From: the human T2T-CHM13v2.0 reference genome, Homo sapiens
NCBI RefSeq assembly: GCF_009914755.1
Contig: NC_060947.1
Reading direction: 5' to 3' (one strand)
Length of the DNA: 64,000 nt
Shown: positions 15,831 through 29,232 of the stretch, one piece after another
Layout of the letters: each line of letters begins with the position of its first letter
Position numbering within the stretch: position 1 is the first letter of the stretch
Notes under the pieces: model-generated
What the model saw: the letters and a program-made list of their open reading frames with translations, nothing else
What the model was told of the DNA's origin: nothing
The model's database searches: none
Made by a program: the position numbers and the translations under genes

Positions 15831-16454
15831 TAGATGGCATTATATCAGGGCTGTGTGAGGTTCCATGGGACAAACATGATGCATCTTCTCTGGGAGGCAG
15901 CTTCACTATGCAGCAAATGCAACTTTAATTCAAAATGTAGCTGCATCATGTAATAGAAACAAAATTCACGAATACTAAAAATAAACAAAAACATGAGATT
16001 ATAAAAATGCCTTATATTTGTGGCTGCTGTTTTGGCTGCATTGCCTCCTTAACTTATGCCGACTTTACTTCAGTGATTCTCAGCTGAAAGGAAAAAAAAG
16101 ATTCATTTTGAAAAGGTTTGTTGTGTATTCTCTCTGTTCCCCAGCAATCCTTTGTTTCTGTTTCTTTTAGAAGCTGAGATGGTCATCTTTGTTGCCTCAC
16201 CTCTCTGTAAGATTTAGGGGAGGATGGGGAAATATCGTTCCCAGTGCAGTGGTCTTCAATTTTGGCTGTATGTTATAATCACCTTGGAAATTTTTGAAAA
16301 GTACTGAGATCAGAGCCTCTCCTCCAGAGATTATTTGTTCTCAACAAATAATATCTAACAAAAACTAATAGCACATGTTAACCATCTGTTTATTAGAATG
16401 ATGGAGGAATTGATTTGTTTGGTGCACTTGGTGCCTTTCACCACCGAAAATAAT

Positions 16455-17360
16455 GATAGTTAATATTTTGCATACGTATGACATAACAAGCTGTTCTAGG
16501 GGCTTTATGTGCAATACTGCTTAATCTTCACAAAAATTGTATTATCCCCATTCTACGGACAAGGAACTTGAAACCATGTTAAGTAACCTGTCCAAGGTTA
16601 TAAAGCCCAAAAGAAGTAGATAATTGTAGTGAATACTTATATGATGCTTATATGGTGCTCAGTGTGTTATATTCACTTTTCCAAGCAGGATTTATAGAAT
16701 TATTTAGTCTTCACAACAGCCCCATGGGAGTACTACTACTATTGCCACTAGGCAGATGTGGAAACTAAGGAACAGAGAGATTAAGTGACTTGTCTAAGAT
16801 CACACAGCTAAAATGTAACAGAGCCAGTATTCAAGCTCAGGCTATCTGGCTTCAGAATATACCCCCCTAACCATACTGCATATTGCTTCTTGTGAAGTAG
16901 TCACACCCAAGTAACATGAATCGAGAGTCTAGATCCTCTGCTCTTAACTGTCATGCTATTCTGCCTGAGAACACTGAAAGCTAATATTTATTGAGTTGTT
17001 ATGATGTGATGAACATGAAGGCCTTCATTTTAATTACCTTATTTAATCTTTATAATAGCTGTACAATATCAGTACTTGATACAGTCATAAGTAAGGCCTT
17101 GGAACCATGTCTGGTAGGTTTCATCTCCGCCTGCCCCAAATCATCTGCCTCCAGAAACTGAGTTTCTGACCCAGCCTCCGTTCGTTAACTATGAGACCTT
17201 GGGCAATTAACCTAGCCCCACTTCAGTTTTTTAACATTTAACATGGGAACAATAGCAACACCTTCTTTGGTTACTTCAAAATCCTACTGTGGTATTTAAT
17301 CAGATTATGAATGTGAAATTACTTTACTAAATACAAAGTGCTAAACAATGTGAGGTGTGT
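16455..17360. mobile_element. Cluster of nested/adjacent MIR elements
   Basis: Several MIR cores (GGAAACTAAGGAACAGAGAGATTAAGTGACTTGTCTAAGATCACACAGCTA; GACCTTGGGCAATTAACC) in both orientations. Confidence 0.65.
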
Positions 17361-18669
17361 TTGTTATGACTCCTCTCACATTCTCTGCTCTAAACAGGAA
17401 CATAACTGCCATGAAGATATTCTAAGAGCAGGCATATCAAAAGCTTGAGATTTCCCCTTAGGCCATCTATGGGGGATAGCTCCTGGGAGTCTGGAGGTAT
17501 ATAGGGAGAAGCTAGCAATTGGCAAGGCCTTGGGAAACTTGGTACCTAAACTCTCAGGTGGGGAGAGACTAACCTGCATATTGGTTGGACAGATTAAAGT
17601 TGCAACAAGAGAAGAGATGTCAGTCTCAGTAGCTATGGAGCATAGAAACCAAACCAAAAACAAGCCACAGGTAATGATGGGATCTGTCAAGGTGGGAGAA
17701 CTGAAGGAGAAAATATTGTCTAGCCCCAAGTGAGGAAATGCAAGCAAGTTGAGTTACAAATGATGTTGAGTTAGACTTTCAGAGCCACAGTGGGAAATTC
17801 AGGCAAACAGACAGGGCCTGGAGGTCTATAAGAAGAGTTATTCTAATATTTTGCATGAGAATTAAGGAAGAGGTGCTTTCTAAGACATGAAGCTAGGGAT
17901 CCTGGTCACAGCTTCCAAATCTTAAGAGCATCTTGTCCTGGACATGCTAGGGAATGGGTCTGAATCTGAAAATGCCATAGTAGTTCTTACCTATGGATCT
18001 TCATGCATTCTAGTGTTCCATTGTCTGAGATGTCCTCTAGTCCTTACTCTGTCAGTATAAATTGACCATACTCCAAAATGTAGCCTAAATTCTCAGTACA
18101 GTTTGCTAATTTCCTGGATAAATTCTTCGATACTAGGAGCTGTGGTTGGGTCACCCCCTGTGGAGTACCCTTCAAATAAACCTATATTGTCTTAGAGATT
18201 GTTTGGCTGCAAATAACAGAATCTCACCCACAGATGAGATTACATAAGATAGGAAAATACATTATAATAATGCAGAACTATCTCACAATACTTAAGGACA
18301 GGGCTAGCAGCCAGCTTCATGAGGCACTGAAATTAGGATGTTAAAACCTATCTGAGACTAAAGCAGCTACTCTCTCATACATTTTTAAAATCTGGGGATG
18401 TATGGTCTTTTCTCTGCAAATAAGCTTTGCATTGCTCTTTCATAGCAGGAGAAAATGGCCATCATGGACCTACTAGGCCCTCTAGTTTATGAATGAATAG
18501 AGACTAATGAGAGTCCGAGACTAAATTCTAAATTTTGGAGAGAAGGAATCTGATCATTTCATCTTGGGTCTTGTTTTACTCCTGGGTTAATCTAGCAGTG
18601 TCCATTGAAGTATATCCTTGACCCATTGCTTACTCAACAGGATTCCATACAGTACACTCTCTAAGATGG

Positions 18670-19160
18670 ATGGCAAAGACTACGACTAGTCATCCCCAAA
18701 TTTCTACTTCTCTTATTACTTTTTTAGAAACATAAGTTTTGATTTTTACCTGGGTATTATGACCACACAGTATAAAGACTATATTTTCTTGACTTGCTTA
18801 TAGTTAAATGTGGCCATATGACTAAGCTTGGTCGATGAGCTATGAGGGTACTATGTGTAATTCCTTGTTCTGCCTTTAAATGGAAGGAGAGGCTATTCTC
18901 TTCATCATTTTTTTCCTTCCCATTGGTTAAAATGTGGATGTGGCAATGGTCCATCTGGATAATGTAGGCAACTCCTATAAATACTGGAGCAGTGAGACAA
19001 AAGGGGCCCTGATCCTTGATACTATCTAGCTACCATGTCAGCCCTGGTCGGCTTATGCCTGGACTGTTACATAAGACAATTGAAAAATCTTTCATCTGGA
19101 TAAGCCATTGTTATTTTGAATCTGTTTCAGTAGACAGACATAAATCCTATGGCAGATACA
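18670..19160 (+). mobile_element. MaLR LTR (MLT1G-J-like)
   Basis: GTTAAATGTGGCCATATGACTAAG...TAAGCCATTGTTATTTTG...GCAGATACA, MLT1 hallmarks. Confidence 0.6.
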
Positions 19161-20054
19161 AACCTGGAAAGTTTCTGTAAGAAGAGGTAAGGAGACAAGA
19201 AGGAACTTATTGATGCGGGCAATTATTACCATTCATGCATAGTGTAAACTGGGCATTCCATGACTTTCAGTTTAGGTCATATGACAAATTTCATAGCCTG
19301 AAAATGAAGGACACTTATGGGTATGAAGTAGGTGTTCAATAAATACATAAATGAAAATCTAGATATACAAGAGACATGAAAGAGCACCATAGTATGGACA
19401 CAAGACAGAGATTAGAGTTTTGGGATAAGATAAGTCATACTGGATATACCTAATACATTCTTTTCCTAGATATCAACGACATAAATGAAGCTTTGATAAG
19501 GAGTCATCATCTCATCCCCAGTGTCAACATGGAAATGCTGACAGGCTATAAATGCTGGCAATGCCCAATTTATGCTATGCATGAATGCCAATAATCTCCT
19601 GCATTAAGGGAAGCAGGCTATTCAAATGGTCTTAGAGGTAAAATGTAGAAGACTCAAGAAAAATATTCTCCTAGGTTCTAGGGCTGGTTCTGCCGATATT
19701 TCTTATATAAGAGATGTGAAAATGCACAAATGAAAGGGCAAAATCTTATACACTGTCTGAGATGCTTCAGTTTACTAGTATATGAAAAGGTAAAAGTAAT
19801 GAAGCTGCTGTTTTTCATAAACTGAAAGAGACCTTAGAAGCCAAATTCATTTCCTACTTCATGCTCTGTGATTCTCCTAGCTTAAGTGATTATTCAGCCT
19901 CTGATTGTAAACCGGTAACTCACTGTTACTCAATGGTGACCACCACAGTTTGAACGTGTTTTCCTGTGTTGTACCAAAATTATAACTTCCACACATTGAT
20001 CCTGGTTCTTCCTATTGGAGTCACCCCAAAGTGGTTCCATTCAGAATTACCACA

Positions 20055-20290
20055 ATATGGCATAGTGTTTAAGAGCACAGGGTATGGATTCAGACTTACA
20101 GCTACTTGGTTGAAATCCTGACTCAACCTTCTGTTAGCTGGGTGACCTTGAACAAATAATTTAAGCTGAAACATACTTTTCCCATCTGCGAAATGGGTAG
20201 AATAGTATCTTCCTCAGATAGGTTGTGAGTATTTAGCATAATTTCTTATACTTGGTAAGTATTAAAAAATGGTAACTGCTATCAGTAATA
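20055..20290 (+). mobile_element. MIR
   Basis: GCATAGTGTTTAAGAGCACAGG...TTAGCTGGGTGACCTTGAACAAAT...CCCATCTGCGAAATGGG. Confidence 0.75.
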
Positions 20291-20480
20291 GGAATACCAC
20301 TAAATAATAATATAATCTATTTCTTTTTACTGGATAGCACTGCCTATATTTGGAAAGAGTTATTCTTCCCAAGCACCCTTTTGTCTCCAGGCTAGACATT
20401 TTCAGTCTTTTCAAGTTGGCTTCCTGTGACGTGGTTCTTAGACTCTTCCCCATTTTGTTTTCTCTTGTTAGTTTAATAAA

Positions 20481-20692
20481 TGTTTCTCATTGAGGATAGA
20501 TGCTACTTACGTTTTAGGCAAGAAAGGTCTGCATACATGTAGGATCCTCTTGCACATTGCAAAGTGTTTAACATCCCTGGCTCTGCCCACTGGATGTTAG
20601 TAGTTCTATCCAGTCATTGTGAGAACTCCAAATGCCCCCAACACATTTCCATATGTCCTCTTGTGGCAATACTGCCTCTACATGAGAATCAA
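20481..20692 (-). mobile_element. MER20-type hAT-Charlie MITE
   Basis: CATCCCTGGCTCTGCCCACTGGATGTTAGTAG...ACATTTCCATATGTCCTC...TGAGAATCA. Confidence 0.65.
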
Positions 20693-21644
20693 CCTAACTA
20701 AACAGAATTCCTGTGAAGCAGCACCAATATTTTTTGGATCAACTGTCTAATAAAGCCTATTTATTAGTTTTGTAATAACTGATAGTACATTTCTCTTAAA
20801 GCAGTTTTGTTTGCAGTTTTTAGGAGGCACAACACACTGTTAACTAAGTTGAATTTGTTAACAGAAACTTCTAAAACTGTTTATAGGTCAGGTCTTCCTA
20901 TCTTGTACCTATATATATTTGATTTTTGGAACACAAGTGTGATATGCAAATGCGGCACTTAATTCATCTTTTGCTTCAATGTTTTATATTTTGATTCTGT
21001 CAGCTAGTGTATTTGCTAATCTTTCAAACCATTTGTCACCTGGAATTTTAACCAACAGCTTCTCTGTATCTTCATTCAAGTTAGTGATTACCAATGTTGT
21101 CCCAGATTAAGTGAAGAACAAGAGCCCTATGTGTTACTATAGACCTCCTCCCAGGCTGTCATTGAGCCATTAGTGAGCATCAATTAGTTAAGGTTGCACC
21201 TAACTATATTGCTATCCAGAAATTCTGCATTCTTGATCTTGCCCATAAAGGTATCATGAAATGCCTTTTTAAAAAAATATGTTGATAAAATCAGGAATCA
21301 CTCTGGCAACATATCTCTTTTGATATACCATTTCAAAGTACTTTTCATAAAACTATCAATTATATGGTTCATCATTTTATAGATAAGTTCTATTAGCAAT
21401 TAGAAATTACATTGAAATAATGAATTTGATAAGTGTTTTAGAATTTAAAAGATTTTATTACCTCTAACACTCATGAGTAATATCAAGATGTACCTTATAT
21501 TATATGTTAGGTCTGTACTTGGAATCAGTCCTAGTTTTAGATGGAATCTCTGACTTCAGGATGCCTAAGAAAGGTTGTAGTCCCCCCGCCCCCGCCTTAA
21601 AAAGAAAACATTCACTAAGGCCAGAAATTCCTTCAGTAGGAGAC

Positions 21645-21645
21645 A

Positions 21646-21676
<31 letters not shown>

Positions 21677-21696
21677 CAAAACAAAACAAAACAAAA
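21645..21696. repeat. (AAAAC)n pentanucleotide microsatellite
   Basis: About 10 perfect AAAAC units. Confidence 0.95.
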
Positions 21697-23389
21697 CACA
21701 CTTGTCATTCCACAAAGAGACGTTGGAATTCATCCACCACTGGGAAAAGAACATGGTGCAGTACTCTAATTGAAGTATTAATGACATTGCAGTTTATTTT
21801 CTGAGAGCAGATTTTGATGAAAGGAAGGGAAAGAGGATGAAGATACTAGTTCCCTGGTTAGGGGAAAGATTGATTTTAGAGGGTAGAGAAGTAAGAAGAA
21901 AAATGGTACAGAAAGGGGAGACTGGAACCATGGAAAATTTTTCTATTTGACAGTCAGGACTTGGACCCACCCTGTCTTCCAGCAAATTTCTATGGAGCCT
22001 GAAACTTCTATCCACTGAAATTACTTTTTGAAGCTTTTTCAAAATGTGCATTTTTACTGTTAGAGATGTCTGTTTCTGGGAGAGTTAACATACTATTTTT
22101 CTGATTCAGGCCTGCAATCACCTAGCAGAGAGCAGGTGTTGAAGCCAGAGGCCTTCCTGAGAAGGCAGGGATGGGCAGCAGGAGGACAGTGAATACTTGG
22201 GGGAGGTGGGAGCCCAAAACGGCTAAAGGGATTCAGTAATAGGGGTAATTGGGTTGCTGAAGACCCAGATTATCTAATTAGCAATTTTAGGGTATGTTGC
22301 CCAGGGCATGACTGTTCATATGATCAGAACCTGTACCCCTCCTTTCATTTGGACACAGATCTAGGCTTGGAAGACCACCCCCCAGGGGTAGCTCTGCTTC
22401 TCCAGTTTTCCTCTAGTTTGCATTTCTGCTTTTGCAGTCTCTTGCACAAATACTTTCTTGGCAGTTTGTTTTTTGCATACTTCTCTCTAAAGGCTGAACA
22501 TTGATGAATTTGGCTGCACTTCTTGTGGCACATGCAGCATTAAAGAATCTGCTTTTATATCTTTTTTCTTCTTCTTTTTTTTTTTTTTTTTTGTTTTACG
22601 TCTTGCAGTTTGAAACAAAGTTAGTCAGCTGGCTGAGTAGCAAAGAGAGCTCTTCTATTCTTGACCAGTGCTTGAAAGGAGTATGATTTGGCCCCTGTCT
22701 CCTCAGCCTACCTCTTCCTTGCCTCAGCCTTTGGCTGTCTCAGCTGCCTAGCCGGTGGGGACTGAATTACGGACAGTGACTAAAGGAGCTACAAATGAGC
22801 CTCAAAGAGGTAAAGTTAATCATGAGCCAGGTCTGAAACCTGTCTCCTGACCCCAATCTATGGTTCTTTCTGTGGCATCATTCTGCTGAGAACATTCATG
22901 GCAATGTTTCTGATGATGCCAGCATTGTGCTTCTGTTTTTCCTGGTGGAGCTGATATCCTCAGTACTAAGATGCATGCAAAGAGATCACAGCAGAAATGA
23001 TGGCAAGGGTGATTTATTTACTGGATGACCATATTCCCCCAACACTTAGATATTTTCCTCTTGTGGGCTTGTTTGATGCAAAGGAAGTCAAGTTGAATTT
23101 TATTCTCTACCACTTACTCGCATTTTTCTCTCTTTTCATCTGGTTTTGTCATAACTGCCTCATCCTATGCCTATGCACAGTTATCTTCGACTGCCCGTGG
23201 GCTGACTAATGTCCCTATATTGTTGTTCTCCTACCGCAGCAGTACCTCAAGTTTCAGTCTTTCTCTTCCCTGCATCCCAAACCGAGTCCTACATGAGTCA
23301 GCTTATCTACACATTTGTTAAAGAACCACTAGGAGTTATGGATCAATATGTTCATATTATGTGATTTTAACAATGGGCTACTGGAGGCA

Positions 23390-23562
23390 ATAGCTTACCT
23401 GAAGGCATCTGAACTATTCAGAGTGCTTGGTAAAAATGTGTGTTGCTAGGGCCGACCACAGATTTTCTAAACTACAAACTCAGGAGGTGGGACCTGGGAA
23501 TCTCAATTTTAATAAAAATTTTAAGTCATTCTGAAATATACTAACAGTTGAAAATTACTACC
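23390..23562. mobile_element. MER5-type MITE
   Basis: GGAGGTGGGACCTGGGAATCTCAATTTTAATAA...AGTTGAAAATTACT. Confidence 0.55.
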
Positions 23563-26103
23563 TTATGTTGTGTTTAGAATTAAAGCGTTTGTTGCAAGTG
23601 TGCAAACATTTAGCAGGTATCAATGGTCATTGTTAAGCTGACCGATGGAATCTTGCCTTTAAGATTACATTTCACGTGTAATTATTACCCCCTAACTTCC
23701 ACCACCCACCAAATACATACAGTGGACCTGGAATCTATCTGTGAATCTGGATTTGTCTTCCCAAGATCTTGGGCTCCTGCTGTTTTATACTGGAGTTTCA
23801 AGTATAACCTGTGACCTCTGGAATAATTTTCTTCTGGAAAAATTTCTAATCTCCATGTCTAGCTACACAATATGACTTATGCTATGTTTAATAAATATTG
23901 TGTGTTCCACGTGGCAGAAAGCACTCAATTTCTCTATAACAAGGGAACCCAACACTTTCCTCTGTGATGTAAAAGCAGCTATGACTTGAAAGAAGAGAGG
24001 AAGATTGCTAGGTAAATTGGGAAGTCCTCAAAAGATGACTGTATTCTATTTCCCATCTTATAGTCTTGTTCTCCTAAGAAAATAAGAATATATTATAAAG
24101 ATGTTTGCCCTTGGGATCCAATGTAATCTTTTCACATGGGCAGATGTTTTAAAACTCAGATATCTGGATTCACTGAAGAGATACATGGTAAATAAAAATA
24201 TGACTCAAATGCAACCTTGCAGCCAGGGGGAGCTATTTCTGACAGCTCTCAGAATTGGTGGAATAACTTATCTTTTGAATATCATGTTTATGCAGTATAT
24301 AGATCATCTCTGGCTACAAAGAAGACAGGCTCAGCTATGCAAGGAATCTCTGCTCTTGATATAAACTGGAGAGCTGTTTGGTGGCCATGCTGCCAACGGT
24401 GATCAGTAACACTAAAGTCATACTTTTGGTCTATTATTCCACATTGTTTTCAAGCTAGGGGAATGCTTTTTACCCTTCCACCTATTTCCTATCAAATAAA
24501 ATGATTGGATTTGAATTTGTGAAGAATATTTATCTAAATCCCTTGTTTTTAGTTAGGACCCTCACAACTCTCTACTGGGAAGCTTTACTGGGATGCTAGA
24601 TGTACTCACACCATAATACTGATTTTTGACCAAGGGGGTAAAACTGGTGATCACCCTGACTGAAGTAGGAAATGAGGCAGTTGTATTACTTATCAAAGCT
24701 CAAGTGGAGACACTGACCCATTTTTAACTACATCTGTGCTTTGACAAGTTTATTCACCTACCTATACACAGAAAATCTTCATTCAAAGCTTAAAAATTTA
24801 GCATTAAAAATCAAGTTAAAATGTTTTATTTATTTAACCCATTGAGTTTAAAAAGCATAAATTCTCAAAAGATAAAGTTAATTTTTATAAACACCTGACA
24901 GCTATCATCTTTATTTACTAGTTTTTCAGAGGTGAATGGGGGCAGGTAAAGTAAATAATGACTCCGGATTTTTTTTTTCTGTGACTCTTGCAAGCCAGAG
25001 AAATAGAAAGGCATTAATAATCTGCAAGATTTTCCCTTTACCACTAGTTATAGGTAAGGAGCCATGCCTATCCTCTCACTATAATGCAAAAGCATTCTTA
25101 TGCCTGTTATAAGTAGACAGTCTCATTTGAGATTTTAGGAAGACTAATTCTGTTTTCCATAAGACTAATGAAGTTATAAGTTATTTATGCAGTTTTATAC
25201 TCATCACATTTGTGCGCTAAAGTGCTAACAACTTTCTTCACCATCATCTTCTTAGAGTGTTTAATTTGTTCATATTTGAGGAACAGCCCATCCCAATCTC
25301 ATGTGATCCTGCCCTCCTTGCTGTGGCTGATGACATTTAGATGGACCTTAGATTCTCCAGAAACTGTTCAATTGGGATTACAAAGACTGGGTCAGTTAGA
25401 CTGCTGAGTCATGAACATGGAGAAGTTGGTTAGCAAGAAATGAATAAGGCAGATATATAGAGAAATGGAGATGAGAGACCACATGGTCCATAGAGAGAGA
25501 GAGAGAGGCAGAGTAGCTATCTTTTGACTTTGTAGTTTCTGTGAGGTCCATCTATACTTCTGGCAATGGGATTCTATGAGAATGTCCTGCATTTGTAAAA
25601 TAAATCCTTTTTCCTAAAACAAATTTATTTTCAGTGGGTTTTTGGTCACTGTAACCTATAATCCCAAGTAGGAATAATTTGAACTTGGTACACAAAATTT
25701 TTATTTTTCAAAGTCTTTCATATCTATTATCTCCCTTGTTCCCTATTCCAATCTCATATCAGAAATAGGGCAGAAATGATAATTGCCTTGAAAGCCAAAG
25801 AAACTGAGGCCTCAAATAGAAAATGTACTTGCTTTAAGTCAAACAGCAAGGTAGAGGGCAGAGCCAGGCCTGAAATACATGGCTTCTGGCTCCCATGCCT
25901 AGAACTTGGCATTTACTAGGCATGCAACAATTATTTGTGGGATGGTAAATCTAAATAGGGATGGGGGATTCCATTTAGAAAAATGAAAAGTAGCTGATCT
26001 TAACAGACATTAATATTCTGAAAGAACCCAACAAAAGAAAGCCACAGGAGACACTAGCAATTCTCCCCATTTTAACCTCTTCACTTAAGAAAAGGCAATG
26101 TAT

Positions 26104-26996
26104 GGACAGATTCACAGCCAAATTATACCAGACATTCAAAAAAGAATTGGTACCAACCCTACTGAAACTATTTCAAAAGACTTAGAAGGAGGGAATCCTC
26201 CCTAACTCATTCTACGAAGCCAGTTTCACCCTGATAGCACAGCCAGGAAAGAACATAACAGAAAAAGAAAACTACAGACCAATATCCTTGATGCTTACAT
26301 CCAAAAATCCTCAACAAAATACTAGCAACCCAAATCCAACAGCACATCCAAAAGATAATTCACCATGATAAAGTGGGATTGATACCAGGGATGCTGGGAT
26401 GGTTCAACATACACAAGTCAATAAATGTGATTCATCATGTAAACAGCCCCAAGACTGGGTATCTACCCAAAGAGAAAGAAGTCATTACATGAAAAAGACA
26501 CTTACACTTACACACACGTTTATGACAGCAGAATTCACAATTACAAAAATATGGAACCAACCTAAATACCCATCAACCAATGAGTGGGTAAAGAAAATGT
26601 GGTATACATATACCGTGGAATATTACTCTGCCATAAAAAAGAATGAAATAATGTCTTTTTCAGCAACTTGGATGGAACTGTAGGCCGTTATTCTAAGTGA
26701 AGTAACTCAGCAATGGAAAATCAAATACCGCATGTTCTCACTTACAAGTGAGACCTAAGCTATGGGTACACAAAGGCATACAGAGTGGTATAATAGACAT
26801 TGGAGACTCATAAGTGGGGGAGAGGAGGAGGAGGGTGAGGGATAAAAAACTACATATTAGGTACAATTTACACTACCAAGGTGATGAGTACACTAAAATC
26901 TCAGACTTAACCACTATATAATTCATCCTTATAACCAAAAACAACTTGTACCACAAAACTATTGAAATAAAATTAAAAAATTAAAAAATTAAAAAG
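26104..26996 (+). mobile_element. L1PB-type insertion with a large internal deletion
   Basis: 26104-26446 is mid-ORF2; 26453-26996 is the ORF2 end plus L1PB 3' UTR and A tail. TSD AAGGCAATGTAT at 26092-26103 and 26997-27008. Confidence 0.85.
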
Positions 26997-27569
26997 AAGG
27001 CAATGTATTTGAAATGTCTTCCCTTGTCTCCCTCTACAACAGACTGCAAATCAGATCTTGCCTCTGAAGATGTTGACTGGGTCTTACCTCTCTGCAACTG
27101 TTGCTAGTGGAGGTACAGTTTGGCTCAGTTTGGTGATTTCTACTTGACCATTAGGAAAAAAAAAGTAGTCCCTGTGGTGAAACTTTTGAGTGCCAACTGA
27201 ACTAGAAATAACTTTTCTTGGAAGATCATCTTTTGGTACTGAAGTGCTGACAGGACCTAGCATCTAATGGAATATTTAGAGCTGCAAATAGAGGTATCTC
27301 TCTAACTTTAACTGTTAAGCGGTTGCAACCTCTTCAGGCTACGTCTGATAGAGTATGGTTTGGAAGTATTTCATATGTCTCAGTGGTGGTGTCCTATTTT
27401 CTAAATAATGACTTATTTGTATTTTGAAAAACAAATAATGAAAGTTATGTGTGTGTGTGAATGTATGTATGTGTGGGCGGGAGGGGGGGGCCTGAAGGAA
27501 TGTTTCCAGTGCTATTTTATGATACATTAATAGGTGTTAGACCAGAAAATACACTCTGTCTTAAGATAA

Positions 27570-27995
<426 letters not shown>

Positions 27996-28173
27996 AGGTT
28001 GCTGTTCTATACTTTGTATTTATAAGGAAAGTAGAATTAAACAGTGATGCTGAGGAAAGAACCATTTAGACACATGGTCCAGTGAGAAAATCTGGATAAG
28101 GAAACAGAGGTTGTTAAAAAGCTTGTTTAAATTAAAGGCTCTGGGAATGGCCTGAGGAGTTTCTCAATGTCCG

Positions 28174-28556
28174 TGATATAGTTTGGCTCAGTGTTCCCAC
28201 CCAAATTGCATCTCAAATTGTAATCCCCACATGTCAAGGGAGGGAACTGTAATCCCCACATGTCGAGGGAGAGAGGTGATTAAATTATGGGGGAGGCTCC
28301 CCCCGTGGTGTTCTCGTGACAGTGAGTTCTCACAGATCTGATGGTTTTGTAAGGGGCTCTTCCCACTTCACTCACTCTTGCTCTCTCACTCCTGCTGCCT
28401 TGTGAAGAATGTGCCTGCTTCCCCTTCTGCTATGATTTTAAGTTTCCTGAGGCCTCCCCAGCCATGTGGAACTGTGAGTCAATTAAACCACTTTTCTTTA
28501 TAAATTACCCAGTCTTGGGTGATAACTTTATAGCAGTGTGAGAACGAACTAATGCA
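28174..28556 (+). mobile_element. THE1D/MSTA-type MaLR solo LTR, inserted in a MER5 (about 28155-28685)
   Basis: TGATATAGTTTGGCT...GAACTAATGCA. 5-bp TSD GTCCG/GTCCC. ATTAAA present. Confidence 0.9.
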
Positions 28557-28729
28557 GTCCCAGTGTCAAGGCCCCACATTGACTGATTATATCAGAATCT
28601 CTGAGTTCAAAGCTCAGGCATCAGTCATGTGTAAAACTTTCTGGGTGATTTCAGTGTGCAGCCACTTTTGAGAACCAATGCCCTGAAATCTGACACGATG
28701 CTGAGTCCGTAGTACATACTCACTTAAGA

Positions 28730-29232
28730 CATGTATGTATGGTAAATGCACCTGATAGAAATAATTTAAGTATGCCCTGAGAACGACCTTGTATGGCAGA
28801 CACACCTAAATGTGTGCTCAGAGTGAGGGAATCTGGGAGTAGCCAACCTGGAGATTTGTTCTTTTTCTATGAGGAACATCTTGAACCCCAGTCCATCCTG
28901 TGGATTAGGGGCCATGCTGGGAATGGAGGCCCCGAAGTTTTGGGTTGAATGAAGGTTGCCAGGTGAAGGTTGTTAGGGAAAGGGTGTTGAGTGAAAATGC
29001 TATATAAACTGCATGCTTTTTGCAAGCTGCTGCAGTTTTCTCGTCCAACCCACTGCCATTGGACCGTATGTAAGGCAGTTCTTCTGTCCAGCTCGCCACC
29101 ACTGGACTCTCTCCCCTGTATGTAAGCTCCCGGTAAAACTCCATGTTTGCTTTGCTGGCTCTGGGTCTCTTCTTCAGCCATTTGAACCTGTTCCTTGGCT
29201 ATTTGAGTTGATAGGAGTTTGGCAAAACAACA
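28730..29232 (+). mobile_element. ERVL-class solo LTR (LTR47-like; name tentative)
   Basis: AAATGCACCTGATAG...CCCTGAGAACGACCTTGTATGGCAGACACACCT, TATA-like GCTATATAAAC at about 28999-29009, and LTR-like R/U5. TSD not resolved. Confidence 0.65.

Larger units (their letters stand above)
19820..21330 (-). mobile_element. Long L3/CR1 fossil interrupted by MIR and MER20
   Basis: GAAAGAGACCTTAGAAG start, TCTCCAGGCTAGACATTTTCAGTCTTTTCAA and TCTTCATTCAAGTTAGTGATT...GAACAAGAGCCCT are CR1-type motifs. Confidence 0.55.

Noticed and set aside
17376-17747. 123-aa minus-strand ORF
   Set aside because: No recognisable domain or splice context; length is compatible with chance.
27447-27491. (TG)n tract plus GGGCGGGAGGGGGGGG as a promoter
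   Set aside because: Isolated GC box without a CpG island or other promoter features.
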